Virus record (IMG/VR): IMGVR_UViG_3300011335_000405
Location: 1 to 49,070 of that record
Direction: 5' to 3' (one strand)
DNA from: a virus
Lineage: Duplodnaviria > Caudoviricetes
Length of the DNA stretch: 49,070 nucleotides
The translations under genes were made by a program, and so were the position numbers. The notes under the pieces are model-generated. The model saw only the letters and a program-made list of their open reading frames with translations, ran no database searches and was not told where the DNA came from. Below, one piece after another: positions 35,393 through 43,697 of the stretch. Position 1 is the stretch's first letter; each line of letters opens with the position of its first letter.

Positions 35393-36037
35393 TTACGCCG
35401 CGCTCCTTACTTCGACGGCGATCAGTTCGGCATCGCCCGTCATGGTGTCGCTTCCATTGTTTGCATCACGATTGATTTTCAAGCGGAATCCATCTCCAGC
35501 AGTAACCGAGTCGATGGTGGTCAGTGTTATTTCCGAGTAGTTCGGAACTCCGCTCGTTGCGTTTGTGGTTGCGGTAACGCTTGCGATAGTATCGAATGAA
35601 TCGGTATCAATATCAGTAATCATGCGCTCCAGTGAGGCATCCCATACACAGGCTCCAGATGTAGCTGTAGAAGCTGTCCAAATGAGGCGAATTTTAAGTC
35701 CACTTGCAAGACTGGCAGCTTCTGGCATAATTCCCAGAAAGATTGCTGACTCGTCGGTGGCAGCGTCAAAATCAAGAACAGCAATGCTGTTGCGAGTATC
35801 TAAAGTTGCAAAAGCTGTTGCTGGCGGTTGATTATCACGAACTGTGAAAACCGCATAGGTTTTTGTTCCTCCTGCACCAGAACCTCCAGCAAAGTTCCAT
35901 ACAACACCAGTGCCGGGGTGTCTGAAATAAATCTTTTGATCTGTATGGTTTACTGCACCTTCACCCAAAGCAAGATTTGCAGTTGTAGGAATATTCCCAG
36001 CAACAATTGATTTTTTTAATTTTATGACGTTAGCCAT
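35393..36037 (-). CDS. Fibre-like virion protein
   Basis: N-terminal IKLKK...P...LALGEGAVN...KIY anchor domain. Confidence 0.6.
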   Translation of the reverse strand: MANVIKLKKSIVAGNIPTTANLALGEGAVNHTDQKIYFRHPGTGVVWNFAGGSGAGGTKTYAVFTVRDNQPPATAFATLDTRNSIAVLDFDAATDESAIFLGIMPEAASLASGLKIRLIWTASTATSGACVWDASLERMITDIDTDSFDTIASVTATTNATSGVPNYSEITLTTIDSVTAGDGFRLKINRDANNGSDTMTGDAELIAVEVRSAA

Positions 36038-36053
36038 GATTTTAAGTAAGTTA

Positions 36054-36086
36054 TAGGGAGGCGAGGTATTGACCCCGCCCCCCTAA
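36054..36086 (-). terminator. GC-rich hairpin after fibre gene
   Basis: GGGGGGCGGGGT/ACCTCGCCTCCC stem on - strand using G-U pairs. Confidence 0.5.
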
Positions 36087-36096
36087 CTTTTTGTTT

Positions 36097-37011
36097 TTAG
36101 TAAGTTCCGCCGTCGATGGTTGTCTCAAGCGCGGTGATGCGGGATTCGTGATCCGCAACATCAGACTCAAGCTCAGTCAAACGTGCGCTGGCTGAAACAG
36201 CTTCCAAGGTTCCAATACGATTGGAAAGGCTGGTGTCAGCAGTGGCACGGGTGCTTGCTTCTGCTGTAATGTTGCTTTGAAGAACACTATCAGCGGATTC
36301 GAGCGTGGAGACGGCAGTGGCGCGAGCGGAAGCCTCTGCGGAAACAGCGGCGGCGCGGGCAGACTCTTCAGCGTTGATGTCGCTTTCGGCGGCAGTCACA
36401 CGCGAGGCCAAGGCGTTCGCTGCGGTAACTACACCATCAATGCGTCCACCAAGAGCGGTGTCGGCAGTGGTGCGGTTGGTGACTTCAGCTGCGAGAGCGG
36501 CGTTGTTGCTGGTCACATAACCTGCAAATGCTGTGTCGTTAGTTGTATCAACCGAGTTGATAAGTGTAACGATCTCGGCAAAGCTGTCTTTGTCTGCATC
36601 AGAGGCAGAAAGGATTGCAGAAACGTCACCTTCAACAGCGGTCACACGCACGTCAAGTGCCGAATCAGCAGCTTCCAGTGTGGACTGGGCAGCAGCGATA
36701 GCAATGCCACGGGCGGTTGCTTCGGCGGCGATGTCGTCAGAAAGATCACTCTCAGCACCTTGGGCGCGAGAAACTTCTGAGTTGATGCTGTTAGTAAGCG
36801 TTGTGTCAGCGGATTGACGAGCCGAAGTTTCGGTCGCAACTGCGCTGGTTACAAATGTTTTCTTAGCGAAGACATTTTCACCACCAACTGCCAATACTCC
36901 CTCGGCGGTTCCGATGAAGAGTGATTTGTTTAGTGTGTCCAAAGCCAACTCGCCAGTCTGAAGACTAACGGGTGCGCCTGAACCGCGTTTGATTTTAATG
37001 ATTGGATTCAT
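36097..37011 (-). CDS. Coiled-coil fibre protein
   Basis: IKIKRG...LQTGELAL anchor, Ala-rich E-x-x-A-R repeats, C-terminal IDGGTY. Confidence 0.7.
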   Translation of the reverse strand: MNPIIKIKRGSGAPVSLQTGELALDTLNKSLFIGTAEGVLAVGGENVFAKKTFVTSAVATETSARQSADTTLTNSINSEVSRAQGAESDLSDDIAAEATARGIAIAAAQSTLEAADSALDVRVTAVEGDVSAILSASDADKDSFAEIVTLINSVDTTNDTAFAGYVTSNNAALAAEVTNRTTADTALGGRIDGVVTAANALASRVTAAESDINAEESARAAAVSAEASARATAVSTLESADSVLQSNITAEASTRATADTSLSNRIGTLEAVSASARLTELESDVADHESRITALETTIDGGTY

Positions 37012-37041
37012 ATTTTATTTTATTGTTTTGTTTTGTTTGGT

Positions 37042-37281
37042 TTACTCAAATTCGCCCGCATCAATAATTGATATTAATAACGCATACGACTGAGAATCTG
37101 TTGACCATCGCCACGGCAGACCCGTATCAAGCGCGATGTAAAGTCTGTTATTTCTACCAGTATTGGGGAATGATCCTCTGCTTGGATATTCAACTATGTC
37201 TGATGAACTAACAGGAAGTATGATTTGTTTAGATGATAAATCTAAAGTATCAGAAAATTGATTTGATGTGAGTCTTGTCAT
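37042..37281 (-). CDS. Small virion-associated protein
   Basis: FPNTG...LYIALDTG..WRW motif, ends IDAGEFE. Confidence 0.6.
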   Translation of the reverse strand: MTRLTSNQFSDTLDLSSKQIILPVSSSDIVEYPSRGSFPNTGRNNRLYIALDTGLPWRWSTDSQSYALLISIIDAGEFE

Positions 37282-37646
37282 TAGAAACTTCCTCCATCTA
37301 CTTCGCTTGTATTTGTCAATGCTCCAATTTGTTCTGCTGTAAATGTTACAGATGATGGAAGCAAGATCAGTCTCGTAATGACGATTTTATCGCCAATCGG
37401 TAATGCGGCATTCAATACCACTTCGTTATTTGGTATGTCAAGAGTATAATCACTACCCGGCTCTTGTGAAACACCATTAATAAAAACAAAAACACTACTT
37501 GGGCCATCCGATGCAGTTAGTGTTCCGGGCGCAATAAATTCAAACTGAACATCATCTCCATCATATCTGGTTGTCTGAAAGTTTATCAGACCAGTAGATG
37601 AAGTAATATCCAGTTTCCCTGTAAATGGATTGAATTTAAATGCCAT
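37281..37646 (-). CDS. Virion protein with MAFKFNPFTG N-terminus
   Basis: VFINGVSQEPGSDYT Ig-like motif, ends VDGGSF. Confidence 0.65.
   Translation of the reverse strand: MAFKFNPFTGKLDITSSTGLINFQTTRYDGDDVQFEFIAPGTLTASDGPSSVFVFINGVSQEPGSDYTLDIPNNEVVLNAALPIGDKIVITRLILLPSSVTFTAEQIGALTNTSEVDGGSF
37615..37646. repeat. 32-bp direct repeat, copy 1
   Basis: TTCCCTGTAAATGGATTGAATTTAAATGCCAT, identical at 39115-39146. Confidence 0.9.
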
Positions 37647-37670
37647 ATTATACCTTAGAGTTTTCTATTT

Positions 37671-39146
37671 CTAATCTGCAAATGATGCCGTCACTCTCGC
37701 TCGTTGTAAAGAAATAGAATTGGTTGATGAGTGGTTAGCGACAAATAAAGCTACTTCATCATTTGGAGCCATGGTAATCATCCAGTTTGTTATAAGTTTT
37801 GCAAAATTATGACTTCCCGTATTGTTACGGCATTCTGTCTCTGGAATTGATGTTCCATTTTTTGCCATTCTAATTCCAAGTGTTTCGTTGTTTGCTGAAC
37901 TTGCGTCCATACTTGAATAGATTTTTAATACTCTTGTTGCTGCTGATGTATTTTTTACTGCAAATAAATCGGTTGTGCCAAGCGTCATTCCAACTGCTGT
38001 AGTAGCGTCAAGTGTTGCTGTTAACCCCGTTGATTGATATGTTCCGGCTGTTGCAATTGTAATTGTTCCAGAAGTCATTTTGGAGACTTGCCCACGAATT
38101 GCAGTTGTAGTTATTGCTGCCGTAGTTTGAATCGTTCCATCTCCAAATTTAACCCCAGTTGTATCAACAGAAAGAGCAACTGTGGCATCAGGGGTTACTC
38201 CAATACCAACTCGGCCATCTGAATTAATTACAAATGATGTTGCGTCCGGAGTTGAATCGTCTTCAACCCTTAGTGCCTCTCCAGCTCCTCGTTGTGTAAC
38301 TCGCAATGCTGGAACAATGCTTGAAACTGATGTTTGGATTGTTTGGTTTGTAGTAAAAGTGTTAGAAAGATTAGCTGCGGCAGCAGAAATTGTTGATGAT
38401 GCTGTTCTCCATTTAAACAAACTGTCGGCAGTTGAAATCCATGCGTCTCCAGCGAGAGGCAATGTTGGAGATATTCCGCTTCCAATATTAATTCCAGCGG
38501 TAGCAATTGTTGATGCTGGAAGATTCAACTTCCCAGTCATTGTGTCGCCAGCTTTTAAAACATAAGCAGAAAGGTCTACAGAAGGAAGGGAAGTAGTAGC
38601 TTGAGCAACATTTGCATCCTCAAAGTGCATTGTCATTGTTCTACCACTAAGATTAAACGCGTAAAATTTAACTACAATTCGATCTGTAGCTAAAATATTT
38701 GTCGCTGAAACTGGGATGCTCCACAAATATAATTCATTTACAGTTCCATTTGTAATTGTATGTGGATTAGAAATATTTGTTGCAATTAGCGTTTCTGTTC
38801 CAGCAAGATTACGCGAATAAATTTCACCATAAATTTTAGGTGTCCCACCATTGGAATTCATTGAAACATAATTCTCAAAATTCCAATTACCTGATGGGAT
38901 TGTTGTAACATTTGGGTCATTTAAAACTGTTGCAAATGAACCTACTAATTGTGTTCCTGCGCCAGTAGCCGTTAGCGTAGTCCCTGCACCAATTACTAAA
39001 TTTTTAGACATTTCATAGTATCCAGAGATACTTGACGCATTTGAGCGATTGAAGTAATATACTGCCCCAAAAGCACCGCCGCCACCGCCGCCACCTGTTC
39101 CAGAAATGTCAAAATTCCCTGTAAATGGATTGAATTTAAATGCCAT
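37671..39146 (-). CDS. Fibre-like virion protein with MAFKFNPFTG N-terminus
   Basis: Poly-Gly linker, KAGDTMTG and GRVGIG fibre motifs. Confidence 0.7.
   Translation of the reverse strand: MAFKFNPFTGNFDISGTGGGGGGGAFGAVYYFNRSNASSISGYYEMSKNLVIGAGTTLTATGAGTQLVGSFATVLNDPNVTTIPSGNWNFENYVSMNSNGGTPKIYGEIYSRNLAGTETLIATNISNPHTITNGTVNELYLWSIPVSATNILATDRIVVKFYAFNLSGRTMTMHFEDANVAQATTSLPSVDLSAYVLKAGDTMTGKLNLPASTIATAGINIGSGISPTLPLAGDAWISTADSLFKWRTASSTISAAAANLSNTFTTNQTIQTSVSSIVPALRVTQRGAGEALRVEDDSTPDATSFVINSDGRVGIGVTPDATVALSVDTTGVKFGDGTIQTTAAITTTAIRGQVSKMTSGTITIATAGTYQSTGLTATLDATTAVGMTLGTTDLFAVKNTSAATRVLKIYSSMDASSANNETLGIRMAKNGTSIPETECRNNTGSHNFAKLITNWMITMAPNDEVALFVANHSSTNSISLQRARVTASFAD
39115..39146. repeat. 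32-bp direct repeat, copy 2
   Basis: Identical to 37615-37646. Confidence 0.9.
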
Positions 39147-39147
39147 T

Positions 39148-39414
39148 TTACGGGTAAGATGCCGTTATGTTTACCAAATTTGTATCATCAACTGTTGGAG
39201 GTTGCGTAGCATACTGAAGCGTTAGCGTTGCTACCAAACTTCCCACATTTAAGTATTCAACAGTTTCAATATTATTTGTTGAACCATAATAACTGATTTC
39301 AATTTCATCATAGGCAGGAATATCAAATCCAGCCACTTTTTTCAATGACTCATAGATATTATAGTTCTGTTGATCTGGAGTTAGATTGATAAAGCAGGAT
39401 TGAGAGAGTGCCAT
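39148..39414 (-). CDS. Hypothetical virion protein
   Basis: 88-aa ORF in structural operon. Confidence 0.65.
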   Translation of the reverse strand: MALSQSCFINLTPDQQNYNIYESLKKVAGFDIPAYDEIEISYYGSTNNIETVEYLNVGSLVATLTLQYATQPPTVDDTNLVNITASYP

Positions 39415-39420
39415 AATATT

Positions 39421-39436
39421 TTATCGGTTACGATAA
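39421..39436. repeat. Dispersed palindrome copy (TTATCGGTTACGATAA)
   Basis: Perfect arms; immediately after stop at 39437, 6 nt before ATG 39414. Confidence 0.95.
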
Positions 39437-39703
39437 TTAACCAACTGGTGTGAGAGCAGCAGCAAGAGCTTCGTTAGTGAGATAGTATTGCTGGTCTTCA
39501 GTTTTTTGCACAAAGCAGTTTTGAGTAACTGGGGTGAGACCACCAATGGTTGCGAGTCCAACATAAAATTGGTAGAGTTTAGCGGAATCGGTAGCTGCAT
39601 CATAGCAACCATAAGAAATTGGATCAATGCCAGCGGCGGCGGCAATTGTTTGAACGAAAGGGTAAGATTTATTGCGGTAATCGAGATCGGTAAAGCAAGC
39701 CAT
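39437..39703 (-). CDS. Hypothetical virion protein with internal C-F/Y repeats
   Basis: Three CF/CY...Y units. Confidence 0.65.
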   Translation of the reverse strand: MACFTDLDYRNKSYPFVQTIAAAAGIDPISYGCYDAATDSAKLYQFYVGLATIGGLTPVTQNCFVQKTEDQQYYLTNEALAAALTPVG

Positions 39704-39710
39704 AATTTTA

Positions 39711-39749
39711 AAAAAGGGTAGGGTGAGGAAGGGTTAACCTTCCCCACCC
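39711..39749 (-). terminator. Rho-independent terminator
   Basis: GGGTGGGGAAGG/CCTTCCTCACCC stem then T-run on - strand. Confidence 0.65.
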
Positions 39750-39760
39750 AAGGTTGAGGT

Positions 39761-40375
39761 TTAGTAGTAGATACCAACAACGTAGGCATTCACATAGAGT
39801 GCGCCAACACGTCCAGCGGTATCAGCACCAGAAACAACATCCACGCCAGCGTTTGCGTAGGTGAAGGTAGTTGAGTTAACAACAGTAACTTCAGCCTGCA
39901 CATCGTTAAACGTAGTGTCGGTCATGCTGGCAATCGTGATAGTGTCGCCCGTGGCAAAACCATGAGCAGCACCAGTAACGATTGTAGCCACACCAGAAGT
40001 GCGAGCGCGGGTAGCGGTAGCTTGGCCGAGTCCAACAGTGGATTTCAGCAAGCGAAGTTTACCAGCACCAGTGATAACATAAGGATTGGCGGCAATCGCA
40101 AGGGGATTGTAGCGGCCTTGGTTATCAAGAGCGTCAGTGATAGTAAGCGAAGCTGTGATGTTTTCGCCAGTGGTTCCGTTATCAACGATCACAACTGGAT
40201 CGGTGGCAGTGGTTCCGCGAGCGTATGCAGTCTCCAGCACGATGCTTGTTGGAAAGAACTTGGTGTCTTCGTCGTTAAGAACGAGGAGGTCAGCGTTTCC
40301 AGCAGCGAGGAGGTTAACGGCAATCGGGCCAAACAGGTTGACACGATCATAAGCGAGTGGTCGAGAATTAGACAT
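39761..40375 (-). CDS. Capsid decoration / minor capsid protein
   Basis: Follows major capsid; VATIVTGAAHGFATGDTITI...TTFTY domain. Confidence 0.55.
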   Translation of the reverse strand: MSNSRPLAYDRVNLFGPIAVNLLAAGNADLLVLNDEDTKFFPTSIVLETAYARGTTATDPVVIVDNGTTGENITASLTITDALDNQGRYNPLAIAANPYVITGAGKLRLLKSTVGLGQATATRARTSGVATIVTGAAHGFATGDTITIASMTDTTFNDVQAEVTVVNSTTFTYANAGVDVVSGADTAGRVGALYVNAYVVGIYY

Positions 40376-40394
40376 ATATTTTATTTAAGGTTGT

Positions 40395-40422
40395 GGGGAG
40401 AGGCTTGAATAAGCCCCTCCCC
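40395..40422 (-). terminator. Hairpin after major capsid gene
   Basis: GGGGAGGGGCTT/AAGCCTCTCCCC on - strand. Confidence 0.5.
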
Positions 40423-40430
40423 TGTTTAAC

Positions 40431-41840
40431 TTAGGAAGGCACAACGATGTCACCCACACCAGCGCAGCTATAGCAATCCTGATTGTTCTCAGGAACGATG
40501 TAGCTCTGAACTGGGCAGCAGGAACCATAGAGGCTCTTGCTCTTAGGCAGGCGATGCAGGAACGAGTGCATGATGGTTGGGTCTTTGACCTGTGCAGCGA
40601 GACGGAACTGAGCTTGATAGAAGCCCGTTTTGCGCCAGCGGTTGCACTCCCAATCTGGGTTTTTCCACTCCCAATCGCCAGCGTAGTTCTGGGTCATTTG
40701 TTGGGCTTGGCCGTATCCAGTCGAGGATGGCATTGTCCACTTAACCATTGCTTTGTTCACCATAGCAACCGAGATACCGAAGTCGGCATTGCGGTAAGCT
40801 TTGTTTGGAATGTAAGCGCATCCGTTTTCAAGAACAGTCTTGATGTAACGAGGAACGCGAACGAGACGCGCCCATGTTGCAGGATCAGCTTCGTTGAACG
40901 CAGCGAGACCAGCATTGAAGGCAGTATCAGCGTTGAAACGAGCGGAGTTGATGTCGTATCCAAAGGCGTAATCGCCAATGATGCGGTTGATGCCGAGCTT
41001 CAGACGAGTAAGACGCTCATCGAAGTCGGTGTTTGCATCCCAGTAACCATTGTTACGCTTGGCTTGGAAGTAAAGCGCACGTCCAACTTGAGGATCAGGG
41101 ATAACGATGTCGAGCAAAGGCTGACCAGTCGCGTCTTGAAGATCGAGACGGAAAGCGTCATCTTCGTCTTGAAGATCAACGAGTGCGTCATCAAGCATAT
41201 CAAGCGAGAGGTAAGCAATCTTGTTGAGGTCAGCAGGAGCGAGTTTAACGCGGAGAGCGCAAAGATCGTAGCCAGCTTCGTTGTTGATCGTGTGCTCTGG
41301 AACGAACCAAGCCTGATCGTCAACGAGACCACAGTAAGTGCCGTCATCAGTGGTGATGCCCATCCACTTGTGGCCAGAACCACCGATATAGTTGGAACGA
41401 AGAAACTCTTCGTGAACATTCTTGGTGATACGAGCATTCGACTCCTCGAACTGAAGAATCTCTTCAGCAGGGAAAAGGCGATAGAGAAGGCTCTCAACGC
41501 AAATCCAGTCAGTGGTCATCTCTTTACGGAGAAGCTCAAAGGTGTAGCTCTCAGTGCCGGGACGCTGAATGACTTCTGGTTTGCTGTCGCAAGAATCAGT
41601 CTCGCAATAGGTGTCGGTGATTGCACGGAAGGGCGTGCAAGGATCGTGGAATCCACGGCCAAAGCGAAAAGCTTTTTGCTCAGTGGTGTGATTGAGGGGC
41701 CATGCTTGCTCCTCGAAACGTGTGAAGTATGCGCTGTTAGTAACAAGCTTCTTCACATAGAGGTCGTTGAAATATTCGCGGCCCTCGCGGAAGAAACTGT
41801 CAATCTCGGCACAACTGTTGAAATAGAGTTGATCGCTCAT
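40431..41840 (-). CDS. Major capsid protein
   Basis: 469 aa, strong codon bias, position after portal and scaffold, own leader and downstream hairpin. Confidence 0.75.
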   Translation of the reverse strand: MSDQLYFNSCAEIDSFFREGREYFNDLYVKKLVTNSAYFTRFEEQAWPLNHTTEQKAFRFGRGFHDPCTPFRAITDTYCETDSCDSKPEVIQRPGTESYTFELLRKEMTTDWICVESLLYRLFPAEEILQFEESNARITKNVHEEFLRSNYIGGSGHKWMGITTDDGTYCGLVDDQAWFVPEHTINNEAGYDLCALRVKLAPADLNKIAYLSLDMLDDALVDLQDEDDAFRLDLQDATGQPLLDIVIPDPQVGRALYFQAKRNNGYWDANTDFDERLTRLKLGINRIIGDYAFGYDINSARFNADTAFNAGLAAFNEADPATWARLVRVPRYIKTVLENGCAYIPNKAYRNADFGISVAMVNKAMVKWTMPSSTGYGQAQQMTQNYAGDWEWKNPDWECNRWRKTGFYQAQFRLAAQVKDPTIMHSFLHRLPKSKSLYGSCCPVQSYIVPENNQDCYSCAGVGDIVVPS

Positions 41841-42019
41841 TGATTTATTTAATTTTAGTTTTGGTTTAGTTTTGCACCGCTAACTATACCATCGAGGAAT
41901 AGCAAGCGAATGCTTGGTTTCCTCTGCTGGACTCAACCCAGAGTTTTTATCTGTCCAGAAATCGTTTTTCATGCGAGGTCGAAAACTCGCCAGCCAGAGT
42001 GCGGCTGAATCCCTAATTA

Positions 42020-42035
42020 TTATCGTAAACGATAA
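42020..42035. repeat. Dispersed palindrome copy (TTATCGTAAACGATAA)
   Basis: Perfect arms; just downstream of candidate capsid promoter. Confidence 0.95.
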
Positions 42036-42057
42036 TTTTCGGATTTCTCTTTGCGAA

Positions 42058-42098
42058 ACAATGCAAGTGACTATTACTTATGTCAAGCATCTTTTTTA
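42058..42098 (-). promoter_or_regulatory. Candidate promoter for major capsid gene
   Basis: TAAAAAAGATGCTTGACA identical to 86-103; -10 weak. Confidence 0.45.
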
Positions 42099-42140
42099 AA
42101 AAAAATGAAAAGGGGAGTGAGATTTCGCTCACCCCCCTTC
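42098..42140 (-). terminator. Terminator after scaffold gene
   Basis: AAGGGGGGTGAG/CTCACTCCCCTT stem plus T-run on - strand. Confidence 0.7.
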
Positions 42141-42161
42141 CAGCTAACAAGAATGCAGGAT

Positions 42162-43448
42162 TTATGCGCTCACCCTATTTTGTGGAGAAAAGCGAGCCAA
42201 TTTGCTGGCAAGCCCCTCACTGATACTCATTCTTGGTTTCTGGGAATCCGATGCACTTGGCGATGACGATATGCGAGATGATCCTTTCAATTGTGCGATG
42301 TAATCGTCTTTCTCTTTTACCATCTCTTTATATGCTTTGAGTTGTGCTTGAATCTTCTGATATGCGCGGCCTTGATTAATCAGTCGGTTCATATCCTCAA
42401 CTGATGCTTGCTCATTACTCTGCTGAGTTGCAGCAAGTGCAATAGCCTCGTCGCGCGAAAGATCAAAGTTGATTCCCTTCTCCTTCATGTAGTCAGCAAT
42501 CGTATCTGGTATTTCAGTAGCCCGATCAATCTCTTGCTGAGTATTCTTGTATCCCTCACGCCATTGGTTCAGATACTTGTTCCTACCTTCTTGCTCTTTT
42601 TGTTTAGCGGTTTGGAGTATATTCTGCTTGGTTTCTTCAAAGTTGACAAGAGCAGCGTGATGTCCCTGAGTTGCTTTGATGAAGCTGTTGACTTGCTCCG
42701 CGAATTGGTATTGCTTGAATTGCGAGAGCGAGTTCGTGATTTCCTCGAACGCTTGGTCACGATCATTTTCTGCTGCCCGACGATCTTCTTCGGATGCCGA
42801 ATTAAAGATGGAGGCATTTGCATTGACAGCACGGGAGAAGGTTGAAAGAAGCGTTGGATCATTCGATAGCAACTGTCTCGCAGTATCGTAGGTATTCTTG
42901 ATAGGATCGAGGTAGGTTTTTTTGAAGTCTGGATTGCTTGTAATATCGTGGAAGTCGAGTTTACCCCTGAGTTCTTTGATTTGCTCTGATAGTTGTTGCT
43001 CAACTTCCAACTTGTCTTGACTGGCTTTGTTGAGTTGTTCTTGGTAATGGTTTGCTTCTTTGGTCGATGTTGACTCGGAGACCATTCGCTCAAGTTCTTG
43101 GATTTTGGTTTCAAACTTGGGGATTTCGTCTTTCTTGTATTTTTCAAGTTCTTCTTTGAGCTTGCGATTTTCTTCGATTTGCCGCTCAACAAAGCCTTTT
43201 TTCTTGCCTGTTCGATCTGAAGTGATTTCAGACTCAGTAACTCCCATTGATTCTTCTGGTGGTTCTTCTTCATTAAATTTAGGTATGCCAAGGTTAGGGT
43301 CGCCCATGTTATTAGCACTCGGCTTACCTTCATCAGTTTGTTGTTTACTGAACTTCTTAAGGAAGTCAGATGTATTGCCTTTAATCGCAACTTGAGGTTT
43401 AGCCTTAAGTTCTTTGATTACTTCTGCTGTGTCGTTTGGGTCTGCCAT
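42162..43448 (-). CDS. Capsid scaffolding protein
   Basis: Charged coiled-coil 428 aa between portal and major capsid. Confidence 0.65.
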   Translation of the reverse strand: MADPNDTAEVIKELKAKPQVAIKGNTSDFLKKFSKQQTDEGKPSANNMGDPNLGIPKFNEEEPPEESMGVTESEITSDRTGKKKGFVERQIEENRKLKEELEKYKKDEIPKFETKIQELERMVSESTSTKEANHYQEQLNKASQDKLEVEQQLSEQIKELRGKLDFHDITSNPDFKKTYLDPIKNTYDTARQLLSNDPTLLSTFSRAVNANASIFNSASEEDRRAAENDRDQAFEEITNSLSQFKQYQFAEQVNSFIKATQGHHAALVNFEETKQNILQTAKQKEQEGRNKYLNQWREGYKNTQQEIDRATEIPDTIADYMKEKGINFDLSRDEAIALAATQQSNEQASVEDMNRLINQGRAYQKIQAQLKAYKEMVKEKDDYIAQLKGSSRISSSPSASDSQKPRMSISEGLASKLARFSPQNRVSA

Positions 43449-43451
43449 AAA

Positions 43452-43697
43452 TTAGATTTCGTCGAGGTCTGGATCAATTGTGCTGTCCGTTGGTTCTTTA
43501 TACTTTCCAGCAGCTTTTGTTTTTTTGAATGCTCCTTGCTCCTCAGTTCCAATAGCTTCAATAGTTTTGATTGCATGGATTAACGTGGTTACTCCTTCTG
43601 GTGGGTTTACGTTAAGTAATAGGTATGCCTGTAACTTGTTCCAGTCTTCGTGTGAGGTTATCGCTGCACATAGGGATTTTACTTTGTCTGTTGTCAT
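43452..43697 (-). CDS. Hypothetical protein
   Basis: Small ORF between portal and scaffold. Confidence 0.65.
   Translation of the reverse strand: MTTDKVKSLCAAITSHEDWNKLQAYLLLNVNPPEGVTTLIHAIKTIEAIGTEEQGAFKKTKAAGKYKEPTDSTIDPDLDEI

Noticed and set aside
37387-37403. TTATCG-CCAAT-CGGTAA as another palindrome copy
   Set aside because: 5-bp spacer, arm mismatch and non-consensus spacer; could be chance
28602-39146. Diversity-generating retroelement acting on fibre genes (Mtd-like anchors present)
   Set aside because: No reverse transcriptase and no TR/VR pair with adenine-specific mismatches seen
40554-41843. 429-aa + strand ORF antisense to the major capsid gene
   Set aside because: Shadow ORF expected from the strong codon bias of a highly expressed gene; no motifs or initiation signals
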